The notes beneath the pieces are model-generated. The model was not told the origin of the DNA and did no database searches. It was given only the letters and a program-made list of their open reading frames with translations. The translations under genes were made by a program, and so were the position numbers. From positions 505,308 through 569,307 of the forward strand of contig MU061578.1 in the NCBI GenBank assembly GCA_013265495.1: a DNA stretch of 64,000 bases, written 5' to 3'. Source of the DNA: Vicugna vicugna (taxonomy: Eukaryota). Shown here in pieces: positions 13,654-26,268 of the stretch; the stretch's first letter is position 1; each line of letters begins with the position of its first letter.

Positions 13654-16147
13654 TGTGCTGGGTGAACTTTGCTTAAGGAAGCAGAGTGGAATATGAAATG
13701 TTTATTTAAAATGCTTCTGCCAAAAAAAAAAAAAGCACTAAACTAAAAACAAATAGCTTGGGTGTTTGTGGGGGCAAACTTAAGTTACTTGGAAATTAAT
13801 TTTTGTGGGAAGGTTCATTCCCTCGAGTTGCCTGATAAATGAGTTATCAGGACAGAAGAGGCCAGAAGTGGCCAGATGCCATCCTAGAAAGAAGGGAAAC
13901 CTATTCCTAGAGGAATCAAGAATTTTAGGACAGTATTGTGAGCCTTTTCCTGCCATTGAGGCCTCTTCACCTGTAAATCTACAGCTTGTGAAACTGGAAT
14001 TACCAACATTGGCATCAGCTGCTCCCTGGGCACATTAGCAGTTGTTGGCATGACTGTCGAATTTATTCTGGTCCAGAACTGAAAGCAACATCAATGGAAA
14101 GACTTGTTGGCCCTGCCCACTCCAAAGAGGTGGGTACAAAAAGTTGGTGCCCAGGAACTGATCTAGCTTTGAGGCTAGAATGTTTGTCAGGCCTCCTTTG
14201 TAGCCATCTCCGGCTAAGGGAGTTTTTTAAGGTGTGCTGCCTTAGAGGCCGTTTTAATGTTGGTTAGTGTCACATGGAATTCTTTAGTGCCCTCTCTCAG
14301 ATTCACTGGTCAAAGTCTTAGGGTCACATAAGGTGTAGAAATACCAGAAAGAAGCAGAGCAAAAATAAACCACTGCCTCTCTCTTTCTGTGTCCTTCTCT
14401 CTGTCTGTGTCTCTCAGTCTCTGTCTTAGCCTCTGTCTCTGTTTCTCTCACACAAAACATTAGGACATTATCAGCGTGAAACAAATGCTATGAGATGGAT
14501 AATACTATTCTGATTTTGACAGATAAGGGAAAAGGAGAAAGCAAAAAGTTTCCCTACTTCTCCTCACCCATCCCACCCCTAAATCAAACAACAAGCAAAA
14601 AAACCAAAAAAAAAAAAAATCCAGTGAATAGAAATGACATGCAGATCCATGACTGCTTAACCTCAAGCCAGAATTCTTTTTACTCCACGATGTGCATGAA
14701 GAACAAGTCCAAATAATGACACAATCTGAAAACTGGGAAGAACGCACACAAGAGGGAAGGCAAATTATGAGTTGCAGATTCAGAGATGGGCCATGAACCG
14801 ATGGCTGCATCTCCATCAGGCAGTGAAGCTCAGGAAGAGCATCTGAACCACACGGCCAGCAGCGTCTCAGCCTGGACGTGAGGGGCTCTGTCTGGATGCC
14901 TTGTCAGTATCTCACCCCTTTCTTTTGTGCTACGGTCTATCAAGGCTTTTCTCTAGGCTGGACTTACCTCCTTAAGTGGATCAAGCTTAACTTAGTTTAA
15001 TATAGACCACCACCACCTTGACCACAACCATTAATTTCTGAGTGCTCACTAGTGACTACAGCCTGACTAAGCACTTCACACACATCATCACTTTTTATCT
15101 GCAAGGTATCCGCTGGGTTATTGGGAGGATTAAAGGAGATAAACCCATTGTAAACTGAAAAGCACACAGGACATACCAACAGCATTCTCATTGCTGTTAT
15201 TATTTACCTAAATCTGGCTCCTGAATAGGAAAGTCCTAATTTCTCTTTTCTCAAAAGTCTTGTCGATTCTTTTTCTTACCTGCCTCCCATGTCCTCCCCC
15301 TATCCCTGCTGCCAGGGCCACTCACCTAAGAGCCTTGTCCATCTCACACCAGACCCTCTTCAACTGATCTTCCTGCCTTCAGCCTCCCTCTGCCTCGACC
15401 CATTCTGCCGAGCAGCCAGACTTATTTCTGGATGGGAAAATCTGATCTCACTTCCTTCTATAAATCCATGTGATGGATCACTGTAATCCACAAGATGCAG
15501 TCCAGCACTCACTGTGGTTGCCAGACTCTGGAACCTTGCCCATAACCTAACCCTACAGACTCATTCCTGGTGGTCCCTCAATTTCCCAAACAAGCAAGAC
15601 TTGTTCAAAACCCAGTGCTTTAGCCAAGCACACCACCTATCTGAGTCACCCAGCCACATTTTGTTGAGCAATTACACATCTATCAGCAGTGCACAGTGAG
15701 GCTGAAATGTCACTCCTTCTGTGAACTACGTTCTGGTGTCTCCTTTTATGCCTGCCTCAGTCACACTGCAGAGACTCACTCTGCACTCCGCAGCCTTGCA
15801 GCAACTGTGCATTCTTCCATTACAAAACAACGATGACAGTGACAGTGTAAACAATAAAAAAAAAAAAGAAGAAGAAGAATGACTGCTAGTATTTTATTAA
15901 AACTCTTTCAAACTTTGTTCAGAGCTTTATGTAGACTATCCCGAACTCACAAGAATCCTATCATTCTTTTATCATAACTGTCTCCATTTGACAGATGCAC
16001 ACTCTGGGCTCAGATAAGTTATTTAACTTCGCCAAGGTCACAGAGCTAGCGATGGTGGAGGCTGCAGACTCCAGCACCTCCTATAAACTCTAAGGTTACA
16101 GCCTTCATCATCGTCACTGGTTTGTTCCCCTACCTCATCAACCAGAT

Positions 16148-16336
16148 CTGTGCTGTCCAGAGTGGCAGCCACTGGCCATATAGGTCTGGTTACATTCAAA
16201 ATTTAAGTAATTAAATAAAATGAAGAATTCAATTCATGAGTTCTGCTAGCAGCATGTCAAGAGCTCCAGAGCCGTGGTGAGTAATGCAGCTATAAAACAC
16301 TGCCATAGTCACAGAAAGCCTTATAGGGTAGCACTA
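16148..16336. mobile_element. MER3 hAT-Charlie DNA transposon
   Basis: Starts ctgtgctgtcca..gcagccactggcca, has an AT-rich core, ends 'cacagaaag...agcact'. Confidence 0.7.
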
Positions 16337-19074
16337 CCCCAGACTCTAAGCCCCTTGAAAGTAAGAACTTAGTCTCTATATTGGAATCTCTAAACTTATC
16401 CTGTGCAGCTCAATGAAGCTATGGATGGAGAACCAGCCCCTTGCTACATTAACTAGATTTCCCTACACTTCATCTACAATGTAAATGGTGTTTCTTTTGA
16501 GCAGAAGAGCAACCATGGTATTCGATCTGTCAGTCCCCATCACTGTCAAGTTTCACTTTGGAGCGTGCAGCTCCTCCGTGGATGGCTCTTCCTAACCCTC
16601 CTCCCAATGCCAGGGAGAAGATTCACTTCCTGGATCCCCAAAAATCACATCTTCAGTTGCATCACGGGCGCACCAGGCTAAGAGCCACCCACACAGATGT
16701 CCTTAACCATTTTCACGTGCTTCATTCTGAATTCTAATGCGACATCACCAAACTCACAATCTACTTTGTTTCTTTGCCATCTGGATTGGGAACAGGATCT
16801 CTTCTTTGGTAAACAATCCATCAGAACCGAATCTCCTAGGTGTTCGATTAGTTTTTCATGCTCCAATTCCATCCTCCACCCCCTTGAAAATTTCAAGGGT
16901 ACATTTTCCAACTATTATCATCACTTCTCTTATTAATAATGACAGTGCCTACCATTTTATTGATGAGGATAGTCTTTATTTTAGCCAGCTCTAGATTTGA
17001 ATCCTGGCTCAACTGGCTTTGTAAACTTAAAGCAAAGTATTTACTTCTCTGAGTCTCTATTTTTAATCCAGCTATAAATTGGGAAGAATTATGTGACTCA
17101 ACTCAAAGAACTATGCTCAACACAGTGTCTGATACACAGGAAGTCCTTAATTTAACTTTTAACCATTATTATCATTCTGCATTTTAATTCGGCTGTTGAC
17201 AATGTTTTGAAAACTTTATATATAGCTCCATCCTCTTTAATCTTTTCAAAGTCCTGATGAAGTAGGTATCAGTCCCTCAGCTTTTCAGATGAGGGAAAGG
17301 TTCAGAGCAGTTAAGAGAACCACCGAGCCAGTATTGCATCCCAGGTCTGATGACCCGCAGAACCAAAGATCTCTCAGCCCCATCACACATCAGTTCCAAT
17401 TTATAAGAACAGCTCGAAACTCAGACCAGTCGACGTTGTCCAGGGGCGTCTGGAGATAGCGGCTTGGCTTGCAGAGAAAACGCCAAGCTTTCTGGAGCTT
17501 CTGTGATACACATCCTTCCGCGAACTCTGCAGAATCCACCAGGGAGTGTTAAACTGCAGGTTTTCCTGAAACACGCTGAAAACCATTAGCAGAAAAGAGC
17601 ATTCCATTCTCTGCTACCAGAGACATTTAGAGGAACACTTTGGAAAGGAACCAAGACATCACACAGCTGGGGAGTCATTCTCTTCTGGCGACTCAGAGCA
17701 GGTAAAAACAGAACGACACCACCACCAACAATCGTCATCTCTTCACTTTTAGGCCTTTTATATGAATGTTACTCACACGGCACTGAAACGACACAATATT
17801 TACTACCAGATAAAGGTTTTCCCACCCCGGACTCCTGGAATTCATGATGCTAGTGAGGCTGAGAATCATCCATTATCTAAAATCTGCACGTTATGAGAAA
17901 ACACACTGCAAACCCTGTGCTTTTCACGTCTCTTTGCTTCTAGAAATTCATGTTGGGTTCGGCTTCAAGAAATTCATGTTGCTTTGTATATCATTTAGAA
18001 ATTTCAGTTGACTCTGCAGGTTAAAACAAAAAGTACAGAATTTTCTGGGGGGGGGGAAATCCAACTGTAACATAACAGCTTGAGGAAGATAAAATTCTAT
18101 GCACATATTTAAGTACCTATTTAAATAAAATATATACATATGTGTGTATATATACACACATACACACACAGTCTTTTACCTGAAAGCGTGCTGGTTCATT
18201 TCCATAAAAAACAAATTTGAGGTTGATGCTGATGAAGGCAGTTGCACGTTTTATTGCTAATAAGTGACACCAGGGGCCTTATTACAAAATATTTCTAAAC
18301 ATACGAAATTCTGTAATGGGACCCCCAGGGGCCAGGCCCACAAAGTGTGGACTCTGTTCTGTACATAGGCACAGCCACGTGTCTCCAAGGTAACTAAGGC
18401 GGCGCACGTGACTGGTTCAGAATTGCTGGCGTGCAGAAATCCTAAAGCCTGCCGACTTTATTTTTAGTCTGAGCAGTTAGATTTCACATTTCATCAGCGT
18501 TTAGCTTGCTTTTGCTTCCTAACAAACCCCACACGCACAGGCACACGCACGCTCCACCAGATGTCCACGGTTTATCATGCAAATATTACATAGAAGCGAT
18601 AATCATTATTAACGAACATAATCACCCCAAGTCGGGAGGGATATCATTCACTGCCAGTTTGTGTTCAATCCCTTATGTCCCAGAGTCAAAAGGGAAAAGA
18701 AGAAGGAAAAAAAAACCTGCCAGCGATGAAATGCCTGCTTTCACAAAGAATAGAGCTTATGTCCTACCAGGCGCTGGTCTGCAATTTCTTTCTGTTTTGA
18801 CATTTTTTTTCTCCCCAAGAACAGAATCTACAAAGTTCAAAGTTGCTAGGATGCGTCACTGATGACTCTTTGTCCACAAGCTTCTAAAGCTCTCTCCAGC
18901 CCTACCCAAGTCCATCCTCCAGTGGCGATACCAGCAGGCTTTGGGCTGTAAATTGTACGATAGGAGAAAAATCAAGAAACCGTCTTCTTGATGCCTCCTC
19001 TTCTTTGTTCTTCTCTGTCTTAGCAGTTGGTCCTTCACAGTCTAGCCACCTCCTGCCCTTTTGTTTCTCTACAA

Positions 19075-19400
19075 CAGAGGCACCAAAGTCTGCAGCCCAC
19101 GGGACATGCCAGGCTCGCAAACATGTTTGGCTCGGCCCCGATTGTGTTTAAAAAATAAAATAAGAGGCATTAGCTGTCAACTTTTAAAAATTGAGAGGTA
19201 GCACAGAAAAACCCAGATTGTCAGCTTCTTAACAGAAAGAAAGACAAGACTAGCTGCATTGCCGAGCCCGCAGACCTGGTGCCTGCAGAGGGCTGAGCAG
19301 AACAGGATCCGTCCTCCTGGAGCTGGTGTTGCTGGGAACGCCACCTCCCTTCGTGTGCTCTGCCAGGTTCACATCACAGGTTTACCTGTTTGTATCCTTT
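19075..19400 (+). mobile_element. MER102-like hAT-Charlie DNA transposon
   Basis: 'cagagg..gcagcccacggg..catgtttggctcggcc..ttttaaaaattgagagg..aaaacccagatt' follows the recalled MER102 5' consensus. Confidence 0.65.
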
Positions 19401-19646
19401 TTTACACTTGTGATCTCCATTTCCACCCTAGTTTAGAGCAAACAGGTCTCTTCATTACCTCATACTCCAGGTTCTGACTCAAGGAGAACTTACAGGGTCT
19501 TTAGGGGAATTCTCTTTTAAGTTTTCCTCCCTCCCTGCCTCCCTCCCCCCTGCCCCCCCCCCCCTTCCTACCTTCCTTCACCTCTCCTTTCTTCTGTAAC
19601 CCCTAGACACGCTCTATATACCTAGCACGTTCCCGATCACTGTGAA

Positions 19647-19664
19647 TGACCTAAAAAAAGGTCA
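19647..19664. promoter_or_regulatory. Perfect ER6 nuclear-receptor motif TGACCT-n6-AGGTCA (second copy at 20739-20756)
   Basis: Sequence tgacct aaaaaa aggtca; motif match only, function untested. Confidence 0.4.
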
Positions 19665-19884
19665 TGTGTCTTACCATCTGAAGTCTGGGGCACCTTTTGT
19701 TGTACAATCGTATTTCCCCAACAATAAACAGGAATGTGAAACTTGGCCCTTACTTCCAACATCACAGAGTCCTTGTCTGTACAATGACCTTCGGAGTGGC
19801 GAGGGTCAGATCTGATAGGGCATATGAAAGGCTTATCCTAGGGCTTGGCAAATAACCACGAAGAGTTTTCGCAGGAAGGTGATC

Positions 19885-20105
19885 TGGCACAGTTGTTAAG
19901 AGCATGGGAAACTGACTTAGGCAGAACTGGGTTCAGATTCTGGCTCTCCTCACTTACTGGCTGTAGTTTTGGCAACAATGTCTCTTTGAGCCTCAGTCTT
20001 CTCACCTGCAAAGTGGTTTAATAGGAGCTAACGTCACAGGGTTACAGCGGAGATTAACAAGAATGCCTAAAAAGCATGTAACTCATCGGCAAATGGTGAG
20101 TAAAT
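19885..20105 (+). mobile_element. MIR SINE within the duplicated unit (second copy ~20977-21197)
   Basis: 'gttaagagcatggg...ctgggttcagattctggctct..cacttactggctgt...ctttgagcctcagt..ctcacctgcaaagtgg' is a MIR core. Confidence 0.8.
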
Positions 20106-20212
20106 TAATGGCACTTTTAAAGGTGTTCTTTCAGCAGTCTTAAAGACATATGATTGGGCATTTGGGCAGAAAATTATAAACTGAAACTGTTCCTTCAAAT
20201 TCAGAACATGTT

Positions 20213-20639
20213 GTACCAGTTACCTATTGCCGAATAACAAAATATCCCCAAAACTTAGTGAGTCAAAGTGATAAACTCTTATCTCTCACATTTTCTGTGG
20301 GTCAGGATTTTGAGAGTAACTTAGGTGGGTGGTTCTCACTTAGGGAGGCTTCTGAGTTTTCAGTCCAAGTGTCAGCGGGGGCTGGGTCGTCTGAAGGCTT
20401 GACTGGGTCTGGAGAAGCCGCTTCTAAGATGGTGCCTTCGTATGGCTGGAAGCTGGCTTCACCAAGAACCCATGATCCAACAAACAAAGTAGGTGAAGTG
20501 CTTTATATGACCTAGCCTTGGAATTCACACACTATCTATGTTACACTCTATTGATCAGACAAACCAGACCTGATTCAATGTGGGAGGAGACCACACGGGG
20601 CACAAACCCCAGGAAGTAAAGATCACTGGGGCCATCTTG
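20213..20639 (-). mobile_element. MLT1 (ERVL-MaLR) LTR within the duplicated unit (second copy ~21305-21740)
   Basis: 'tgtaccagttacctattgc..aataacaaa..ccccaaaacttagtg...tctgtgggtcagga...tctgaaggcttgactggg' is an MLT1F/G/H-type LTR, reverse strand. Confidence 0.8.
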
Positions 20640-20642
20640 ACA

Positions 20643-21731
20643 TGCCCCCACCCCCCTTCCTACCTTCCTTCACCTCTCCTTTCTTCTGTAACCCCTAGAC
20701 ACACTCTATATACCTAGCACGTTCCCGATCACTGTGAATGACCTAAAAAAAGGTCATGTGTCTTACCATCTGAAGTCTGGGGCACCTTTTGTTGTACAAT
20801 CGTATTTCCCCAACAATAAACAGGAATGTGAAACTTGGCCCTTACTTCCAACATCACAGAGTCCTTGTCTGTACAATGACCTTCGGAGTGGCGAGGGTCA
20901 GATCTGATAGGGCATATGAAAGGCTTATCCTAGGGCTTGGCAAATAACCACGAAGAGTTTTCGCAGGAAGGTGATCTGGCACAGTTGTTAAGAGCACGGG
21001 AAACTGACTTAGGCAGAACTGGGTTCAGATTCTGGCTCTCCTCACTTACTGGCTGTAGTTTTGGCAACAATGTCTCTTTGAGCCTCAGTCTTCTCACCTG
21101 CAAAGTGGTTTAATAGGAGCTAACGTCACAGGGTTACAGCGGAGATTAACAAGAATGCCTAAAAAGCATGTAACTCATCGGCAAATGGTGAGTAAATTAA
21201 TGGCACTTTTAAAGGTGTTCTTTCAGCAGTCTTAAAGACATATGATTGGGCATTTGGGCAGAAAATTATAAACTGAAACTGTTCCTTCAAATTCAGAACA
21301 TGTTGTACCAGTTACCTATTGCCGAATAACAAAATATCCCCAAAACTTAGTGAGTCAAAGTGATAAACTCTTATCTCTCACATTTTCTGTGGGTCAGGAT
21401 TTTGAGAGTAACTTAGGTGGGTGGTTCTCACTTAGGGAGGTTTCTGAGTTTTCAGTCCAAGTGTCAGCGGGGGCTGGGTCGTCTGAAGGCTTGACTGGGT
21501 CTGGAGAAGCCACTTCTAAGATGGTGCCTTCGTATGGCTGGAAGCTGGCTTCACCAAGAACCCATGATCCAACAAACAAAGTAGGTGAAGTGCTTTATAT
21601 GACCTAGCCTTGGAATTCACACACTATCTATGTTACACTCTATTGATCAGACAAACCAGACCTGATTCAATGTGGGAGGAGACCACACGGGGCACAAACC
21701 CCAGGAAGTAAAGATCACTGGGGCCATCTTG
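20643..21731. repeat. Tandem duplication copy 2
   Basis: Offset is exactly 1092 from copy 1, also reflected in the twin ORFs at 20258 and 21350. Confidence 0.97.
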
Positions 21732-22327
21732 CAAGCTAGGCATTCATGTTGTGATCTTACACATCTATATTAACAGTCCAATAATATTAAAAATGCTACA
21801 CTATATATCTAATTATTTTATGATTGACAGAGACTGGAAGAAACAGACATATATACTTGAGACCTTGGGAAAAACTTAAACATAGAGGTCAACTATTTCC
21901 AGAGAGTACTTAAAACTTGTGTTTAGTTTTTAAAGAGGAGGATAAACAATCTACACTTGGTCTACAATTGTAAACTCTAGCCAAGATTTGGGGCTGAGAC
22001 TATATTAAGGGGTTGGTTCTAATACAACGAAACTTTCTTTGGATAAATAGGCTCTATCTCTCACATCCAAAATTTGCCTACAACATGTCCATTTTCTAGA
22101 CTAAACTATTAGATCAGGCAAGCCTTGGAGACCTCCCTCAAAGTTGATCTCAATCCTTGAGACCACATCTTTTGGTTTTACTTAATTAATGAGTCATTCA
22201 TCACCCCTTGTCCACACATTCAGGAGATAATTGCCTCTTCTTATAGAAAATAATTCAATGATGGAGGTTGTAAATTTCCTTGCTGTGAATAAACATATGT
22301 CACCCCAAGAATGGGATGTCAGAGACA

Positions 22328-22522
22328 CAGCATGCTATGGGGCAAAAAAGCAGGGATTCTGGAACCATACTTTCTGATTTTAAATCCTAGGTCTGTTATT
22401 TAACAGCTGTGTAGGACAGATTACTGAGCACTTTGTAACTCAGTTTCCTCATCTGTAAAATGGTACCCACTTCATACATAGTAGTTAAGATTAAATGAGT
22501 TAATATACATAAAGGGCCTAGC
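22328..22522 (+). mobile_element. MIR SINE
   Basis: Core 'ctcagtttcctcatctgtaaaatgg' and 'agattaaatgagttaatatacataaag'. Confidence 0.85.
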
Positions 22523-24811
22523 ATATACATAAAGTGATCAGAGGAATCTCAGCAACTGTTAAGATGGCTTTTATCACTTCTGAAATAAGTAAAAATTCAC
22601 TAGGGAAACTGAACAAGATGGTAGACAAGAAAACAATGCACCAATTGAGCTGAGAGAGAAAGCTTTTATTTTATTTTATTTTCTCTGAGTTGAAAGAAGC
22701 ACAGAAAGATCCAGCACATACTTCCATCTTAAACCAAGCTGGCATCCCTTGTTTTTATCTTTCATGTCTGGAGCCTGAGCCTCCAAAGACAATTGCAAAG
22801 AGATTGTGTTTGACTGATCAATCAAAAGCAGCCCCCTTGCTTGTCTTCTGAGACTCTGAATTAAAACCTCCAGGCAGGATTCTGGGGAGGACAGGACCGG
22901 TGAGGGGGCGGGCAGCTACTCAGCAGTGAGTGGGCTTTGATGGCACAGAAGCAGCTGAGATAAAAGAGCTCCTCCCAGCAGAGCGGAAATTAAAACAGGA
23001 AACATTTCATTAGGCCCAGCCTCAGGAAGGGAGCCCTGGGCGGGGAGGGAAAGCAGAGAGGACAGATGCCACAGCCCAGTCCCAGCAGCAACGGGGAAGT
23101 GGACAGTCGGCTCTTCCCCTCTTCCCCTGCTGGGGTTACCATCACGCCAGGCACCACGAGGCCCCTATGCTGCCAGAACAACAGGAAGTCACCAACTTCC
23201 AGAATTTGGCATTCAGGGCACATGGCAATCTGATCCCCATCTACCTGTTTTTTTCATTTTCTTCCTACCTCTCTCTCTATTTGTCCCTGTTCCTCACCAA
23301 AAGTCCACTTGTGCTCCCACCAATCTGGGAACTCACCATCATTAAACACACTTCCACCTTTCATCCTCTAGAAATGTTTTTCCTTCTGCCTATATTGTCT
23401 TTTCTCTATCTCTGCCTGTCAGGATCCTATACATCCTTCAAAACCCAGCTCAAATATGCCACTTCTTCCAAAGTGCCTTATAGCTTCTATCTCAGATCTG
23501 TCTAGAGCTACCCTTTCCTTGTACTTGGATTTGAGAACACTTCAATGGACCTAGTAATTTATGCACAGGTCAAAGTCCCACTCTGTTCCCCCACCACAGT
23601 TTATTAGGTAGGAGTAGGAGAATGTAATTCATCTTAGTTCTCATATCAAATTGAATCAGAGAATGTGAGAGTCGAAAATGACCTTAGGCTTCCTGTAGTT
23701 CAGAGCTGGCAAATTTACAGCACATGAATACTGCCTCTCTCATCTGAGTTTGTGGCAGACTCCATGAATCATTCAGAGCATTCTTTACTTCTGTGGAACT
23801 CGGCGTCAGAATCCTTTCAACACGCTGTTCCAGGCAGCCACAATCAACATATTTGATTTGACATACAAGATAAGACCTCTGTGCCACTGCTGAATTAATT
23901 TAGCACCACCCCCTCTCCCCCCGTTACATATGATGGAATCCAAATCCAGGGAAAGGTGGAGTGTTCTAACCACGTCTAAGAACCAGTCCTCTATCTCTAA
24001 ATCCTCCCAGCTTGTACCACTGTGGGCATACCTTGCTGTTTCCCCAAACAGTGCTTTAGACAGAATAGTAATATTACGTGCTTGGCTGTGGGTGTAAAAT
24101 TAAATTCCAAATTAAAAATAGAAAAGTTGTGAGAAAGCAACATTTCAAAGATCTGCTTTAGTTAATTGTATGGAATATTAATACATGTAATGAAAGTACA
24201 GGATTCTTTCATCTAATTGATCTAATTGGTCTTTTTAAGACCAGACTTCTCATATGCTTAAATACTCTAATAGGCACTCTGAATCTTCAAGAGAGAAATA
24301 CAAGATTTGGAATTCCTCAAATGCTTTAACTCAGGGAGCTATTTTGGCTAGGATCAGGTCACAGAAATAGTGTGTGAGAAAGCCTGGTTTGAGAAATGCT
24401 GATGAAAAGGAAAGAACATGGGTTTTTGAGTCTGTCTTTGATTTGCATCCTAGCACTGTCACTTGTTAGCTGTGTGTATGCACAAACTAGTACCTTAGAA
24501 GTCTTCAATTCTCAGCTACCATCTATGAAACAGATGTAACAACGACTTCACAGATGTAATGAGCTAACATTCTCCAAGTGGCCAACAATGGTGCGTACTT
24601 AATAAATACTAATTCCATTGCCTAAATCCTGATGCATAGGCTTGAGAACTATTTTCGCAACCACAATGCAAGACTTCAATTAAAATTATGTTTTGCCACG
24701 GTTTAATTGCTGTATAAACATGGTGGCTTTTGTGCCTTATTTAATCAGCATTTATTCAAAATGAAATTTATTGTGTGTGTGTCAGAGATGATACAATGTT
24801 TTCATCAAAGC

Positions 24812-25216
24812 ATTTCACTTTCCTTCTGAGAATGTAGGAGGGCTGTTTCCCAGCCCCTACCTTGCAGCTGGGTAGATCTACAGTACTGAGTTCTGGCCAT
24901 CAGAATGTAGCAAGAAAGGATGTACAGCACTTCTGGGTCTGGACCCTTAAAGATCTGTGTAATCATCCATCTTCTTTTACTTGTATGTATGGCTCCTAAG
25001 GGTGGCTTCTACGACAGTGAAACCGCAGGGTGGAAGAAATGGTACCTGCATCCTTTGGGTATCATCTGTTGGAGCATTCCTCAGAAGGGGTGATAAACCA
25101 CAAACACTAGCTACAGATCTTGCGTAAATATTCAACAATAACAAAAACAAACATGTATATCAGTGAAGACTCTGAGCTCATAGGGTTTATGTGTTCTCTC
25201 AACATAGTCTAACTCA
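24812..25216 (+). mobile_element. MLT1-type LTR (old, degenerate)
   Basis: 'tttcccagcccc..cttgcagctggg..gagttctggccatcagaatgtagcaagaa..cacttctggg' resembles an MLT1H/I/J LTR. Confidence 0.55.
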
Positions 25217-26057
25217 GAAACGCAAATCAAAACTACAGTGAGGTATCACCTCACACCAGTCAGAATGGCTTTCATTAAAAAGTCTACAAATAATAAATGC
25301 TGGAGAGGGTGTAGAGAAAAGGGAACCCTCCTATACTATTGGTGGGAATGTAAATTGATGCAGCCACTATGGAAGACAATATGGAGTTTCCTTTAAAAAC
25401 TAAAAATCTACTTACCACATGATCTAACAATCCCACTCCTGGGCATATATCTGGAGAAAACTATAATTTGAAAAGATACATGCACCCCAATGTTCATGGC
25501 AGCACTATTTATGATAGACAAGACATGGAAGCAACCAAAATATCCACTGATTGATGACAGGACAAAAAATATGTGGTGTATATATACATACACAAAGCCA
25601 TAAAAAGAATGAAATAATGCCAATTTGCAGCAACACGGATGGACTTACAGATTATCATATGAAGTGAAGTAAGCCAGAGAGAGAAAGACAAATACCATTT
25701 GATATTACTTACATGTGGAATCTAAAAAAAAATGATACAAATTTTATTTACAAACTAAAAACAGACTCATGGACATAGAAAACAAACTGTGGTTAACAAA
25801 GTGGAAAGGGTGGAAGGTATAAATTAGAAGTTTGGGATTAACAGATACACACTACTATACAAACAATAGATAAATAACAAGGATCTACTGTATAGCACAG
25901 GGACCTGTATTCAGTTCCTTGTAATAACATGTAATAGAAAAGAATCTGAAAAGAAAAAATTTGTATGTATATAATATGTAACTGAATCGCTTTGCTGTAC
26001 ACCTGAAACTAATATTGTAAACCAACTACACTTCAATAAAAAATAAAACAAAAGAAA
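25217..26057 (+). mobile_element. 5'-truncated LINE-1 (ORF2 C-terminal remnant, 3' UTR, A tail) with 16-bp TSD
   Basis: Decayed ORF2 C-terminus ([37 protein letters not shown]), AATAAA plus A-rich tail; TSD aacatagtctaactca (25201-25216) / aacatagcctaactca (26058-26073). Confidence 0.95.
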
Positions 26058-26071
26058 AACATAGCCTAACT

Positions 26072-26268
26072 CAAGATTTCTCATGCTTGGCATGACTGAC
26101 AATTGGGGCTGGACAACTGCTTGCTGTGGGGGCTGTTCTGTGCACGATGGGTGTTGAGTTATCCCCGCCGGATGCCCGTAGTACACCTCCCAACCGTGAC
26201 AAGCACAACTGTCTCCAGACATTGCTCAGTGTCCCCTGGGAGGCAAAAGGTTCTCTCCTTGAAGACCT
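26072..26268 (-). mobile_element. MER20 DNA transposon
   Basis: 'tgtgggggctgttctgtgca...gtgacaa..tgtctccagacattgc..tgtcccctggg' is MER20, reverse strand. Confidence 0.8.

Larger units (their letters stand above)
19551..20639. repeat. Tandem duplication copy 1 (1089 bp, period 1092)
   Basis: Aligns without gaps to 20643-21731; five substitutions found by eye. Confidence 0.97.

Noticed and set aside
20258..21607. Twin 85-aa ORFs suggesting a duplicated gene
   Set aside because: Both lie inside an MLT1 LTR and start at GTG; their similarity only reflects the DNA duplication
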